DNA from: a virus
Virus record (IMG/VR): IMGVR_UViG_3300032238_000599
Span: 1-64,000 of that record
Reading direction: 5' to 3' (one strand)
DNA length: 64,000 nt
How positions within the stretch are numbered: position 1 is the stretch's first letter; each line of letters begins with the position of its first letter. Positions 9,587-19,123 of this stretch are shown one piece after another. The position numbers and the translations under genes are program-made. Under the pieces are notes generated by a model, which was given only the letters and a program-made list of their open reading frames with translations, made no database searches and was not told the origin of the DNA.

Positions 9587-10409
9587 ACTTGTCTTCTAAA
9601 AACTTAATAACCTGTTCAGTTAAGAATTTATCTTCTGTGTAATGAAAAATGCCAGTCTGTTTAAATTGATTAATGTACAATTCTAAATCATCAGTGACAT
9701 AATAGTTAGATGTATCAACCCAACTAGAAGGAGCGGGTGACCAACCTTGTGCATTTGGTTTCATATGCACAAATGTAAAATCTATATTATCATTAGTTAC
9801 CCGACTTTCTAGGTCCAATAGTAACACAGAAATTGCCGCACTTACGTCCATGCTTACCCAGTTTTGATAAGAAAGAGGCGTAAATTTTCCATAGCAGGCT
9901 TGCCAATTATGTACTACAAACTCTAACATTTTATAAAAATTAAACGCTGTAGGAGTTTTCTTAAAGTAGTGCAATGCAAAGTATACACTTGGCAAGTTGT
10001 TTTCTATAAAAGTTTTTCGATTAGCTACATCGTTAATTTTTCTGCCTTTATAATCAATTACATTATTAGCAAAAAATAAATCGTATTCTTTTAATCTATC
10101 CCAAGTACCTGAAATATCTTTAAAAAATATCATGTCACTATCTAGTACAATAGTTTCATCATAGGGACTAGCGTGAATTAACTTCCAACGATTTTCAACT
10201 TTCCATTCGCTATCTGTAGATTCATCATTCCATGGAATTTCAATGATATTATCAAATACTAATTTGTATTTGTCTGGTACTACATCATTTGTTATAATGC
10301 TAACTGAATTATGTATTGATTGGCTTAATTTAATAGATAATGCTAAAGCATAAGCCTGTCTTACATATTCAGAACCTTGTGCAAAAATTAAAAATCCTTT
10401 ACTGCTCAT
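9576..10409 (-). CDS. putative glycosyltransferase (GT8/mannosyltransferase-like)
   Basis: SPYDETIVLDSD DxD motif, A..LA.SIK helix, FVHMK. Confidence 0.65.
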   Translation of the reverse strand: MSSKGFLIFAQGSEYVRQAYALALSIKLSQSIHNSVSIITNDVVPDKYKLVFDNIIEIPWNDESTDSEWKVENRWKLIHASPYDETIVLDSDMIFFKDISGTWDRLKEYDLFFANNVIDYKGRKINDVANRKTFIENNLPSVYFALHYFKKTPTAFNFYKMLEFVVHNWQACYGKFTPLSYQNWVSMDVSAAISVLLLDLESRVTNDNIDFTFVHMKPNAQGWSPAPSSWVDTSNYYVTDDLELYINQFKQTGIFHYTEDKFLTEQVIKFLEDKYDN

Positions 10410-11241
10410 CGATGCACCTTGATAAACTATATTTGTTCATTATGTGAACATCTAAATTGCGGACTTTCATTGCTGTATATTCTCCGTTGTATGATTGTTT
10501 TTCTAGCAAGAATGTTAATTCTGTATCGTTGCTGTTCAATAACAAATCTCTATCTAAAGTATAGTAGAGTTTTCCAGGTATCGGAGCAATAAAATCGGCA
10601 TCTAAACTGTTATTCATAATATGTATAGCCATGCTAAAAGCAAAATCATTTCTAAACATTGTGCTATCAATAGAATACAGCAGTCTGTAGTAATACCAGT
10701 TTTCTCTAATATGTTGTATAATCTTAAAAAATGCGCTAGTTTCTTCAGTCTTTTTAAAGTAAAAAACTGTAGCCCAATAAAATGGGATTGAATACTGATT
10801 TAGATACTTAAAGGCGCTAATATCTCGCCAATGTGCTAGATCATATGCATCTCGATATAACATTAAATCATGAGGACTCCCCCAAACTTTATTAATGTGA
10901 TCCGAAGACACAATATAATCTGCATCAATAACTAAAGTTTCGTCGTATGGCGTTAATTCAAAGCAATCACTTCTTGAAAAGTTTTTCCATAATAATACTT
11001 TAGAACTAATAGATCCATCATAAAATCTTTTGTTCTGGATCTTTTTAGTTTCGGTATCGATAACATGATCAAAAACTTTTGCTTTTTTGCCGTGTGTTTT
11101 AAACAAGTAATCTTTGTTATCCGTAACAAGACTTACTGGCACGTTGAGAAATTTTTGGACTCTCTCTGCTGTGAATATTGCTAACTTTGTATAATCAACG
11201 TCAGCATTATTTTGAGCGAAAATTAACACACCTCGCGTCAT
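10399..11241 (-). CDS. putative glycosyltransferase, paralog of 9576-10409
   Basis: TPYDETLVIDAD, RNDFAFS, HIMNK. Confidence 0.65.
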   Translation of the reverse strand: MTRGVLIFAQNNADVDYTKLAIFTAERVQKFLNVPVSLVTDNKDYLFKTHGKKAKVFDHVIDTETKKIQNKRFYDGSISSKVLLWKNFSRSDCFELTPYDETLVIDADYIVSSDHINKVWGSPHDLMLYRDAYDLAHWRDISAFKYLNQYSIPFYWATVFYFKKTEETSAFFKIIQHIRENWYYYRLLYSIDSTMFRNDFAFSMAIHIMNNSLDADFIAPIPGKLYYTLDRDLLLNSNDTELTFLLEKQSYNGEYTAMKVRNLDVHIMNKYSLSRCIDEQ

Positions 11242-11588
11242 AAGTTAATTAAATCCTCAGCTTTACGTTTTGATTTAATCGCAGTATAAGTTGAGTGGTA
11301 TTCACTTGTTGCGCTATAGTATTGTGCTAAAATTTCTTTTTGGAATACTGTTAAATCGTCAATGCTCACCGGAACATCATTGTCATCAATTAACACAATA
11401 TTTTGTGTGTAATTAAGATCAATCATAGATTTTACAAATGCAATTAATTCTCTAGTAATAACAAAACTAGAACCTTTAACATAGTAAATTGAGTTTTGAC
11501 GAAATTCTTCAAGGGCCGCTCGACGTTGATTTGTGAGCGTGGCCATAAAATTAGCTGTCTGGAATGCTTTCTCTAACCGTTCATCCAT
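11238..11588 (-). CDS. hypothetical protein
   Basis: 116-aa ORF with GAGGAG SD. Confidence 0.75.
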   Translation of the reverse strand: MDERLEKAFQTANFMATLTNQRRAALEEFRQNSIYYVKGSSFVITRELIAFVKSMIDLNYTQNIVLIDDNDVPVSIDDLTVFQKEILAQYYSATSEYHSTYTAIKSKRKAEDLINL

Positions 11589-11595
11589 GTGAACT

Positions 11596-11638
11596 CCTCA
11601 AGTAATATACACATATTTAACTGTGCAACTACCTGAGG
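11596..11638 (-). promoter_or_regulatory. late promoter (TAAATA, 11619-11614) in the loop of an SD-sequestering hairpin
   Basis: Minus strand reads CCTCAGGTAGTTGCACA-GTTAAATA-TGTGTATATTACTTGAGG. Confidence 0.6.
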
Positions 11639-11658
11639 GAAATATTTTTTATTTGAGA

Positions 11659-12570
11659 TTACAAGCCAGTTTGGCTTGCTGATGGACTTGCTACACTCAC
11701 ATTTGAACCAGATGGGCGGAACATTTGTAGCGAGCAACTTAGCGTACCGTATACGTTTTCGTCAACTTTAAAATCATATCCGTCTGCAATTTGATCGTCA
11801 CCTACGTCTAAGTCTTTATAGTAAACAGTAAAAATAACTTGACTTGCAGTACCGTTTGTTTTTGCATAAATTTCATACAAGTTTTCTGAGTACGAACCAC
11901 TTGGTGCAGTTTTCTGGAAGATTAATTGATCAGTAGTAGTTAAACTATAGAAGCCAATATTGTATGCACTTCCAAGATTTGATGTTGTAGTAGTAGTATA
12001 GTTCATAGTTACAACACCAGACTGGCTTAACATAGTAGTCCATGTAGAATCTTTTGAACTACTTACTGTTCCAGATCTACTTGAGGTAATTTGAAAATTG
12101 CCGCCTGCATTAAAAAAGTAACGGGCATGATTAGCATCTGAGAAACTAACTGTAATTTGATTTGAAAGAATGCCGTTCCATGGTCCTACGCTGTCACCGT
12201 TTCTCGATGATGCTATTAGTTCTGATGTAGACCCTTGTGAACCAGCTACTGTTAGTTTATTTGCAATTACAACATCGGAAAAATTGTTATATTCTACTTC
12301 AATTGAATTTGAAGCTACAGTTTCGCCGGCGTTAATTACAGTTAAATTACCGGATTCATCAGCACCAGTTTGGTGTTGACGAGCTCTTAACAAATCATTT
12401 CTTAGTGCAGTCCATTGACTTGCTCTAATAGGATCATTTACAGACACTTGGGCACTTGAAATAGTTTGTCCGTAGCCGCTAGTGCCTGAACCTACTCCTA
12501 ATATGCCATTGATTTTACTCTGAATACCATTGTAATCAGATGCTAAAATTAACGTACCTTGACCTGCCAT
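11659..12570 (-). CDS. virion structural protein (tail/baseplate associated)
   Basis: Ser/Thr/Gly-rich, GYGQ and ARYFFNAGG motifs, lies in the tail fibre operon. Confidence 0.65.
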   Translation of the reverse strand: MAGQGTLILASDYNGIQSKINGILGVGSGTSGYGQTISSAQVSVNDPIRASQWTALRNDLLRARQHQTGADESGNLTVINAGETVASNSIEVEYNNFSDVVIANKLTVAGSQGSTSELIASSRNGDSVGPWNGILSNQITVSFSDANHARYFFNAGGNFQITSSRSGTVSSSKDSTWTTMLSQSGVVTMNYTTTTTSNLGSAYNIGFYSLTTTDQLIFQKTAPSGSYSENLYEIYAKTNGTASQVIFTVYYKDLDVGDDQIADGYDFKVDENVYGTLSCSLQMFRPSGSNVSVASPSASQTGL

Positions 12571-12579
12571 AATAAATCC

Positions 12580-14148
12580 TTATAGAATAACTGCTTCGAC
12601 TAACTTAACACTTGTATCATCACTACTTTCTAAAGCAATAGCAAATACATCATTAGCATGTGGAACTGCGGCAACTGCTGTACCATCATTGGCCGCAACT
12701 AATCGTTGTCCTTTACGAACTGCTCCAACTACTTTTACTGGAACTCGACCTTTTAGGGCAATGTAAGTTCCACCTTCTAACTCGCTATTCATCATGTAAG
12801 CAGGCTTACCTGACACAGCACCTAGTGCTCTATCACCATATTTTGAAGCTGTTACTTCTTTTTCACCACCTACACTAACAACTGTACCAATTTCATAGTC
12901 AGCATCAGCTAGATATTTTTCTGCCAAGTCAGCATAGAATGATTGACTTGCAATACCTCGGAAGTGGTTAGCATATAAATCGCCAGTACCATCACGAACA
13001 GCAACAGTATTAATTGCAGATGTTACATCACCAAGTCGGTAATCAGCACCATCAAACAAAGTAGTTGCTTTAGTAGCAATACCATTAAAGCTAGTTGCAT
13101 ATACTGTAGCCCACTTAGCACTAGAAGAACCAAGATTGTTTACATTATTAGATGTTGCACCCGAACCTGTACCTCCAGGTAATACATCTTGTCCGCTAAT
13201 AGTTAATGGATACTTTGTTCCTGAGTTTTGTGTTCTAAATTCAATTGTACTACCAACGAAGTTTTCAACAATGGGTCTAGTTCCAGCTAAAATAGAAACT
13301 TTAAGCTGTGGAACATCTCCCATTTGCCAACCAACATCCTTAAATGTAATTAGCTCGTTGAACGTTCCGATTTGATCTTTTCTGACAAAATTATCTGATG
13401 GAATAATACTACCTTGAACTAGCAAAGCATCAGCTGTACTAGCAGTTCCCCAGAATTTAGTATCGTTATTTGTGTTATTTTTTACATAGGTACGTGAAAC
13501 AGAGTTTACAGTGATTAGCTCTTCAGTAGTATAAGCATGTGTTATACCTTTCTTAATCTTGCTAAATCCAGTAATTGTGTTGCCTGCGCCTGCACCAAGT
13601 GTAAATGCATCGGTAGAAATTACAAATGCCGTTGCACCATTAACTTTAGCTTCAATAATTGCATGGGTAGAAGGGGGAGCACCGTCATCAACAACAGTAC
13701 GGCTATACATTTCTGTTTGATTTTGTCCAGCGGCTTGCGGTCCAACAAGCACAAAGTCAGCAAGTGTTTGATCCCAAGCAAATAACTGTTTTGTAGTTGT
13801 ATTAAACCAAAAATCGCCAGTAGTTAAACCAGTAGGGGGATGGTCAACATCGGATACCTCAGCACCGCCAGTAGTGCGCCACTTACCTGTTAGAGAATCA
13901 CCATCGAAGAATTTTAACTTTTTAGTGCCGCTATCGAACCAAATTTGTCCGCTTAATGGCTTATTAGGCTGGGTAGTTCCAGCAAAATTTTCTAAAAGAT
14001 AGATAAAATTTTCGTTTTGAATTTCACCGTAACCGGCGTAGTTTTTACCAATAATTTTTAGACTGGTGCTTTGATCAATTGTTCCGTCAGCAACGACTAC
14101 CCCGTTACCTATCGGTGATCCATCATATCTAGTTATGCTATAAGGCAT
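12580..14148 (-). CDS. tail fibre-like protein with C-terminal chaperone/autocleavage-like domain
   Basis: Shared N-terminal module GKNY.GYGE..NENF..LLENFA, C-terminal YADLAEKY...GRVPVKV domain. Confidence 0.7.
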   Translation of the reverse strand: MPYSITRYDGSPIGNGVVVADGTIDQSTSLKIIGKNYAGYGEIQNENFIYLLENFAGTTQPNKPLSGQIWFDSGTKKLKFFDGDSLTGKWRTTGGAEVSDVDHPPTGLTTGDFWFNTTTKQLFAWDQTLADFVLVGPQAAGQNQTEMYSRTVVDDGAPPSTHAIIEAKVNGATAFVISTDAFTLGAGAGNTITGFSKIKKGITHAYTTEELITVNSVSRTYVKNNTNNDTKFWGTASTADALLVQGSIIPSDNFVRKDQIGTFNELITFKDVGWQMGDVPQLKVSILAGTRPIVENFVGSTIEFRTQNSGTKYPLTISGQDVLPGGTGSGATSNNVNNLGSSSAKWATVYATSFNGIATKATTLFDGADYRLGDVTSAINTVAVRDGTGDLYANHFRGIASQSFYADLAEKYLADADYEIGTVVSVGGEKEVTASKYGDRALGAVSGKPAYMMNSELEGGTYIALKGRVPVKVVGAVRKGQRLVAANDGTAVAAVPHANDVFAIALESSDDTSVKLVEAVIL

Positions 14149-14170
14149 TCGTATAACCCCTTGTTCTTAA

Positions 14171-14178
14171 TATTTATA
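14171..14178 (-). promoter_or_regulatory. T4-like late promoter TATAAATA
   Basis: Exact T4 late consensus about 22 nt upstream of the start at 14148. Confidence 0.7.
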
Positions 14179-14181
14179 CTT

Positions 14182-16278
14182 TTATACGCTACTTGGCTGC
14201 GGGTACCCATTTTGTAACTGCCATACTCCCGAAGTAAGTATGTATACCCGTAGTGTTCTAGTTACTTTTACAGCACCATTTCCGGCATTAATTGGTGTAC
14301 CTGCGGCAATATTTTGTACTACAGACACGTTACTACCGTTCACAAAGCTAGTTGTATTCTTATCAACTTGTACTTGAGAGAAGCTAATATTTGGTGTTCC
14401 AGTATCTGACACAGTTAGCGTAATAGCACTATAAGTTACCACTGTAAATTCACCGTGTACACGACAAACAGTTCCGTCAAAATAATCACCAGCTGGATAA
14501 GTTTCTTGGACAAGCGAAACAATTTGTGGTTCAGTTAGTTGTCCACCAGTGCTATTATTAAGGCTAACAATTAATGCTAGTGGTCTAGTTTTAAGATTAT
14601 TTTCAAAGTAAGTCTTATTAACAGCATCTGTGCCTGCGCTAGGAGCGGCTAGATTAGAAATACGTCTATTGTTGATACTAACGGTGCTAGCGCCCGGTGG
14701 AGATAGTACAATATCACCGCTAGCTGAACTAATTGTTCCTGCATTAATACTTAAATCGCCAGCAGTTAAAGATGTTAATGCGCCCACAGTTGCTAACGAA
14801 GGAGCACTTGTAACTAATGGAATAGAAGTAGCTGTTAGTACATCCTGTCCATTAATTTTGTATGTTCTTCCTGAATCAATACTAATGCTTTCACTAGACG
14901 CCCAGTGTGTACTACCGCTGTTAATTGAGTAGTGCCAGGCAAAAGTTTTATCTGTTGTACCTTTAACTGTAAATCCGGCGCCATCTGCAGACACATCAGT
15001 TGGGCTAGCTGTGCTTGCTAGTTCAATATTTTTGTCATCTAGCTTAACTATTACAGAATTAATGTTTGTAGTAGTACCAAATACTGTTAAGTCGCCTTGA
15101 ACAATAGCAGATCCGTTAACTTCTAAAGTTGCCGATGGAGTATCTGTAAGAATACCTACTCGAGGATCTATAGATTTAGTAACAATACCTGCTACCGTTT
15201 GTCCGCCTGTTGCTGTAGAAGCATATGTAACTGTAGTTATTGTTGAATCAGTAACAGCATAAACACCGTTATAAGCATTGGGCTCAACCCCAAGTACAGT
15301 AATAGTGTCTCCAATATTAAAAGGCGGAACAAATTGTTGAGGGAAAGTAAGAGTTGCATACAATCCAGTACCGCTAGCACCAGTAGTGCTCAGTGTAAAT
15401 GTTCCAGGATTATAAATTGATACGCCTTTTAAACCAGCGTCTGTTTTAACTTTAAATTTAAATGATTGATCTGTGTTGTTAGCACGTATTTCAAAATTGT
15501 TTATATCAACCCTAACTTCATTGTTTTGTCCAGGACCAAGTATTAAAGGTCTTCCACTTTCAATTGTTAGTTCGCCTGAAATAGTATTATCAACATCAAC
15601 GTTAACAAAACTATCAGTAGTTTTTAAATTACCTTCGGCATCTTTTAAATAGGTAGCTACTTCAACTGGTGCATTAAATATTAATCCTGTTGTACTTCCA
15701 ATATTAAAACCTGCTTGAATGTCACCTGAGAATTGATTTGATGGTAGTTGATTAGGTAATGGCGTAAATGAATCTTTACTAAAAATACCTATAATTAATC
15801 CGCCAACATATAAAATAGCAACAACGTGTGATTTGTTTAAGACATCAATTAGTGTTGTGATGTTAAATCCAGAAGTTCCTTGAGTTTCAGTGTATTGCCT
15901 ACTTGCTTCAACCCAAACTCCTGCATTTCTAAAAAATAATAAATTTCGGCTTGTATCAACCCACAAATCTCCGTCGACTGCGCTAGTCGGTGCTGTACTT
16001 TGAACTAACGTGCCGCCGCTAACTTTAAACCCGTTGCCATCATAAACTTTTAAGCGTCCGTCGGAAGTGTCAAACCATAGCTGTCCAGTAATTGGATAGT
16101 TTGGTTGGCTTGCACTAGCAAAGTTTTCTAATAAATGAACAAAGTTTTCATTAAATGCTTCACCGTATGCTGAAGAATTTTTACCAATTAGTGTTAAATC
16201 AGTTGCCGATTGGTCCAATGTGCCGTCAACAACTTCAGTTAAAACACTACCGTCTGTTTTGTTTATAATATAGCTCAT
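14182..16278 (-). CDS. tail fibre-like virion protein
   Basis: Same N-terminal module (GKN...YGE...ENF.HLLENFA...GQLWFD), beta-rich T/G/S composition. Confidence 0.7.
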   Translation of the reverse strand: MSYIINKTDGSVLTEVVDGTLDQSATDLTLIGKNSSAYGEAFNENFVHLLENFASASQPNYPITGQLWFDTSDGRLKVYDGNGFKVSGGTLVQSTAPTSAVDGDLWVDTSRNLLFFRNAGVWVEASRQYTETQGTSGFNITTLIDVLNKSHVVAILYVGGLIIGIFSKDSFTPLPNQLPSNQFSGDIQAGFNIGSTTGLIFNAPVEVATYLKDAEGNLKTTDSFVNVDVDNTISGELTIESGRPLILGPGQNNEVRVDINNFEIRANNTDQSFKFKVKTDAGLKGVSIYNPGTFTLSTTGASGTGLYATLTFPQQFVPPFNIGDTITVLGVEPNAYNGVYAVTDSTITTVTYASTATGGQTVAGIVTKSIDPRVGILTDTPSATLEVNGSAIVQGDLTVFGTTTNINSVIVKLDDKNIELASTASPTDVSADGAGFTVKGTTDKTFAWHYSINSGSTHWASSESISIDSGRTYKINGQDVLTATSIPLVTSAPSLATVGALTSLTAGDLSINAGTISSASGDIVLSPPGASTVSINNRRISNLAAPSAGTDAVNKTYFENNLKTRPLALIVSLNNSTGGQLTEPQIVSLVQETYPAGDYFDGTVCRVHGEFTVVTYSAITLTVSDTGTPNISFSQVQVDKNTTSFVNGSNVSVVQNIAAGTPINAGNGAVKVTRTLRVYILTSGVWQLQNGYPQPSSV

Positions 16279-18461
16279 GCTGTTACACCAGTATAAATGA
16301 TATAGTTAATAGTTAAGTACGGATTCATAACATTAAATGGTGTTGCTAGCGTTGTTCCCAGTGGAACATCGACGCCACCGCTATCTGTTAGATACTGTCC
16401 TTGTCCAGGAGCCGTTGCTCCAAACCCGCTAATTGCATTTGAATCTGGAGGACTTCCTGTAACATTACGCAATGCATAATATTGATTTCCAACATTTCCA
16501 TTTACAGTTCCCTTTAATGTATGCTTGTGTTCCGGTAAGTTTGCTGTAGTTAAACTAGCACTCTCAGATCCGACACCTGTACCTAGAATATCTGCAGATG
16601 TATCTGTAACTCGGTTAGCACTTCCGCCGCCTGCATCAATACTAACTGGATTGTTGCCCCCGCCGCTTTGAGAACTGAACACAGTTAAATTATTATCCAT
16701 GTTATCTCTACCTAGCGGGAATCTTCCTCGCATATCTGGTAGAGCAAATGTAGCATATCCATCCAATAGTCCAACGTCTTTGTACAAATATCCTATTACT
16801 GCAAATAATCCCGGATAGTCAGCAATTCTAACTTCACTACCATCACACAATAGCCATCCATCTGGGGCAGTTGCACCACCAAATGGCATAAATGCCCCGA
16901 TTGGTACTGTGGCTATATTTTTAAAAATAGAAGCTTTAGTAGTTTGTAAAAGTCCAGCACCAGATCTAAAAATTAAAAATTTATCACTGTTGTTTGAATC
17001 ACCAACAAGTGTTTTCTGTGTAATAAACGATGGACTAATAACTGTGTTTAAAGTTACTGTACCAGTAGCCGAAGTACCATTAAACGGCAAAGGTGTAGTT
17101 GTTAATACGTCCCCGTCTATAGTAATATCAACAAAGTTTGTTAATTGATCAGCACTTCCGGCGGCAGTTCCAGATGCTAGGCTACCTGAAAAGTTTCCTG
17201 AAAAGTTTCCAACAAAATTGTTAGCATAAATGTTATTAAATTTCTGTGTAGCACTACCAATATTATATTTTCCGGTGGCGGCTAGTATTGGAAGAATAAT
17301 CGGTGTTCCGTAGTCAATGCCTGTTTGTATGCCAGTAGTATCTTTATTAAGAATTATTTGTCCGCCAATTGTAGCATCGGTTCCAACTAATAATTGTTTT
17401 GTTATTGCCGCACCACCCTTGGCTACTAGACTTGCAGAGTTAAAGTTAATAACATCATCTGTTCCAGTAATTTTTAAACTGTCATCAGTTGCAATAGATC
17501 CGCCCACGTCAAGAGCCGCAGTCAATGCGCCTTGTTTGTTAATACCAACATTAGTTGTACTATCTACACGAAGTACTGTAGTAACGTTACCTTGATTGTT
17601 AACTCTTAAATCAATACTGGCTCCTGATACTTTGTTATAAAGTATAGCTTTGTTGCCGTCTGTAGAAACTGTAAAGTTTAAGTCGCCGCCAATGTTTAAT
17701 CCCGAATCACTTCTAACGTTAATTCCATAAGTTGTAGTACTAACTTGGTCGCTTCTTAAGAAGTTACTAGCGGCAATAGCAGTACCGTTAATAACTAACG
17801 ACTTTGCTTTTTCGCTTGTACCCCAAAATTGGTTATTAGTGATTTCTGAACTTAGGTTCATTCCTGGATTGATGGCATAGTCTCTGCCAGCTTGAAGTGT
17901 AAAACCTGGAATAGTTCCTTTAGGAGTAAATGCAGTACCAGATATAATTGCTACTCGATTACCGTCTGCATAAAATGTAATAACGTTATTTGTAGTATCT
18001 GTTAAGTCGACGATTGTTTCAAACTGTGGACCAGTCTTTGAACCAGTACTAAAAGTAGGACCTACTAAAACCCAACTTGAGCCAGTGTACAAGTATACTT
18101 GCTGTCCAGCTGTATCAACATACAAGTCGCCTTTGATAGCAGGTGTTGATAATGTAGGAGGCCCAGATTGTTTTTTAACACCACCGGTAGGTGCCCATCT
18201 TGAGCTGTCCCACACATAAAGTTGGTTGTTTCCAGCACTATTGTTAAACCATAATTGTCCTTGAACAGGATTCAATGGTGCTGTTGGTGCGGCAAAATTT
18301 TCTAGTAAATGTAAAAAATTTTCTGCAATTACTGTAGCATAGCCTGGATAATTTTTACCAACAAACGTTACACTGGTAGAAGTGTCAAGCGTTTGATCTT
18401 CTACTGTAATATCTGGTTTTGATTGATTATTAAGTTCAGTATGTTTAACTGTATATGCCAT
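16275..18461 (-). CDS. tail fibre protein with tail-collar domain
   Basis: PIGAFMPFGGATAPDGWLLCDG...LPDMRGRFP collar motif, C-terminal PYLTINYII. Confidence 0.8.
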   Translation of the reverse strand: MAYTVKHTELNNQSKPDITVEDQTLDTSTSVTFVGKNYPGYATVIAENFLHLLENFAAPTAPLNPVQGQLWFNNSAGNNQLYVWDSSRWAPTGGVKKQSGPPTLSTPAIKGDLYVDTAGQQVYLYTGSSWVLVGPTFSTGSKTGPQFETIVDLTDTTNNVITFYADGNRVAIISGTAFTPKGTIPGFTLQAGRDYAINPGMNLSSEITNNQFWGTSEKAKSLVINGTAIAASNFLRSDQVSTTTYGINVRSDSGLNIGGDLNFTVSTDGNKAILYNKVSGASIDLRVNNQGNVTTVLRVDSTTNVGINKQGALTAALDVGGSIATDDSLKITGTDDVINFNSASLVAKGGAAITKQLLVGTDATIGGQIILNKDTTGIQTGIDYGTPIILPILAATGKYNIGSATQKFNNIYANNFVGNFSGNFSGSLASGTAAGSADQLTNFVDITIDGDVLTTTPLPFNGTSATGTVTLNTVISPSFITQKTLVGDSNNSDKFLIFRSGAGLLQTTKASIFKNIATVPIGAFMPFGGATAPDGWLLCDGSEVRIADYPGLFAVIGYLYKDVGLLDGYATFALPDMRGRFPLGRDNMDNNLTVFSSQSGGGNNPVSIDAGGGSANRVTDTSADILGTGVGSESASLTTANLPEHKHTLKGTVNGNVGNQYYALRNVTGSPPDSNAISGFGATAPGQGQYLTDSGGVDVPLGTTLATPFNVMNPYLTINYIIYTGVTA

Positions 18462-18462
18462 C

Positions 18463-19071
18463 TTATACTCCAGCTAAACCAGTAAGTGTTTGAATACGAA
18501 CAGTATAATCGATTTGGATTAAACGGTTCAATGATTTTTGCACAGGATGAAACACCACGTGTGTTAATAACAAACTATTTCCTGTTTTGCTATAACTCTT
18601 AAGTCCAAGTTCGTCAAACACATAAGAATCTTGATTGTCGTTTGAGTTATCAAACGCTTGTTGCCCTGCAGGCTCACCATAGTCTAACAAACAAGTAATA
18701 AACACATCAGTGTAGTTTGTACCAGTAACGTGTCGAGTTTCGATATAATTTCTAGTAGGGTCAGAGTTTACACTACTTTGATCATCAACTACTTTACTGT
18801 ATGTTTCATTATATAAACTAGCATTAGATCCTGTACTGTTGGGAGAGAGATATGTAATAATTCCAGTAGGATCTACAGTTGTGCCACCGTTGCCGAAGGC
18901 CATTTCGTATATGAATCCTTGCCCGCTATCTGCAATACTCTGCGCTAGGGCAATACTCATGTTTTCGTAGTGAATTGCGTTGCGTTTATTAATGGCAACT
19001 TCGCCTGTTTCAGGATACCATATCTTAATATGCCCTTCTACATGAACTCCGGAAAAATCTTTACTCTGCAT
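18463..19071 (-). CDS. virion structural (baseplate-associated) protein
   Basis: 202-aa ORF in the structural operon, FDELGL / THVVFHPVQKS, TAAATA upstream at 19098-19093. Confidence 0.6.
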   Translation of the reverse strand: MQSKDFSGVHVEGHIKIWYPETGEVAINKRNAIHYENMSIALAQSIADSGQGFIYEMAFGNGGTTVDPTGIITYLSPNSTGSNASLYNETYSKVVDDQSSVNSDPTRNYIETRHVTGTNYTDVFITCLLDYGEPAGQQAFDNSNDNQDSYVFDELGLKSYSKTGNSLLLTHVVFHPVQKSLNRLIQIDYTVRIQTLTGLAGV

Positions 19072-19123
19072 TTTAATCTCTCTTTATTTGTATATTTACC
19101 TAAATAATTATCTGCTAGTTTTA

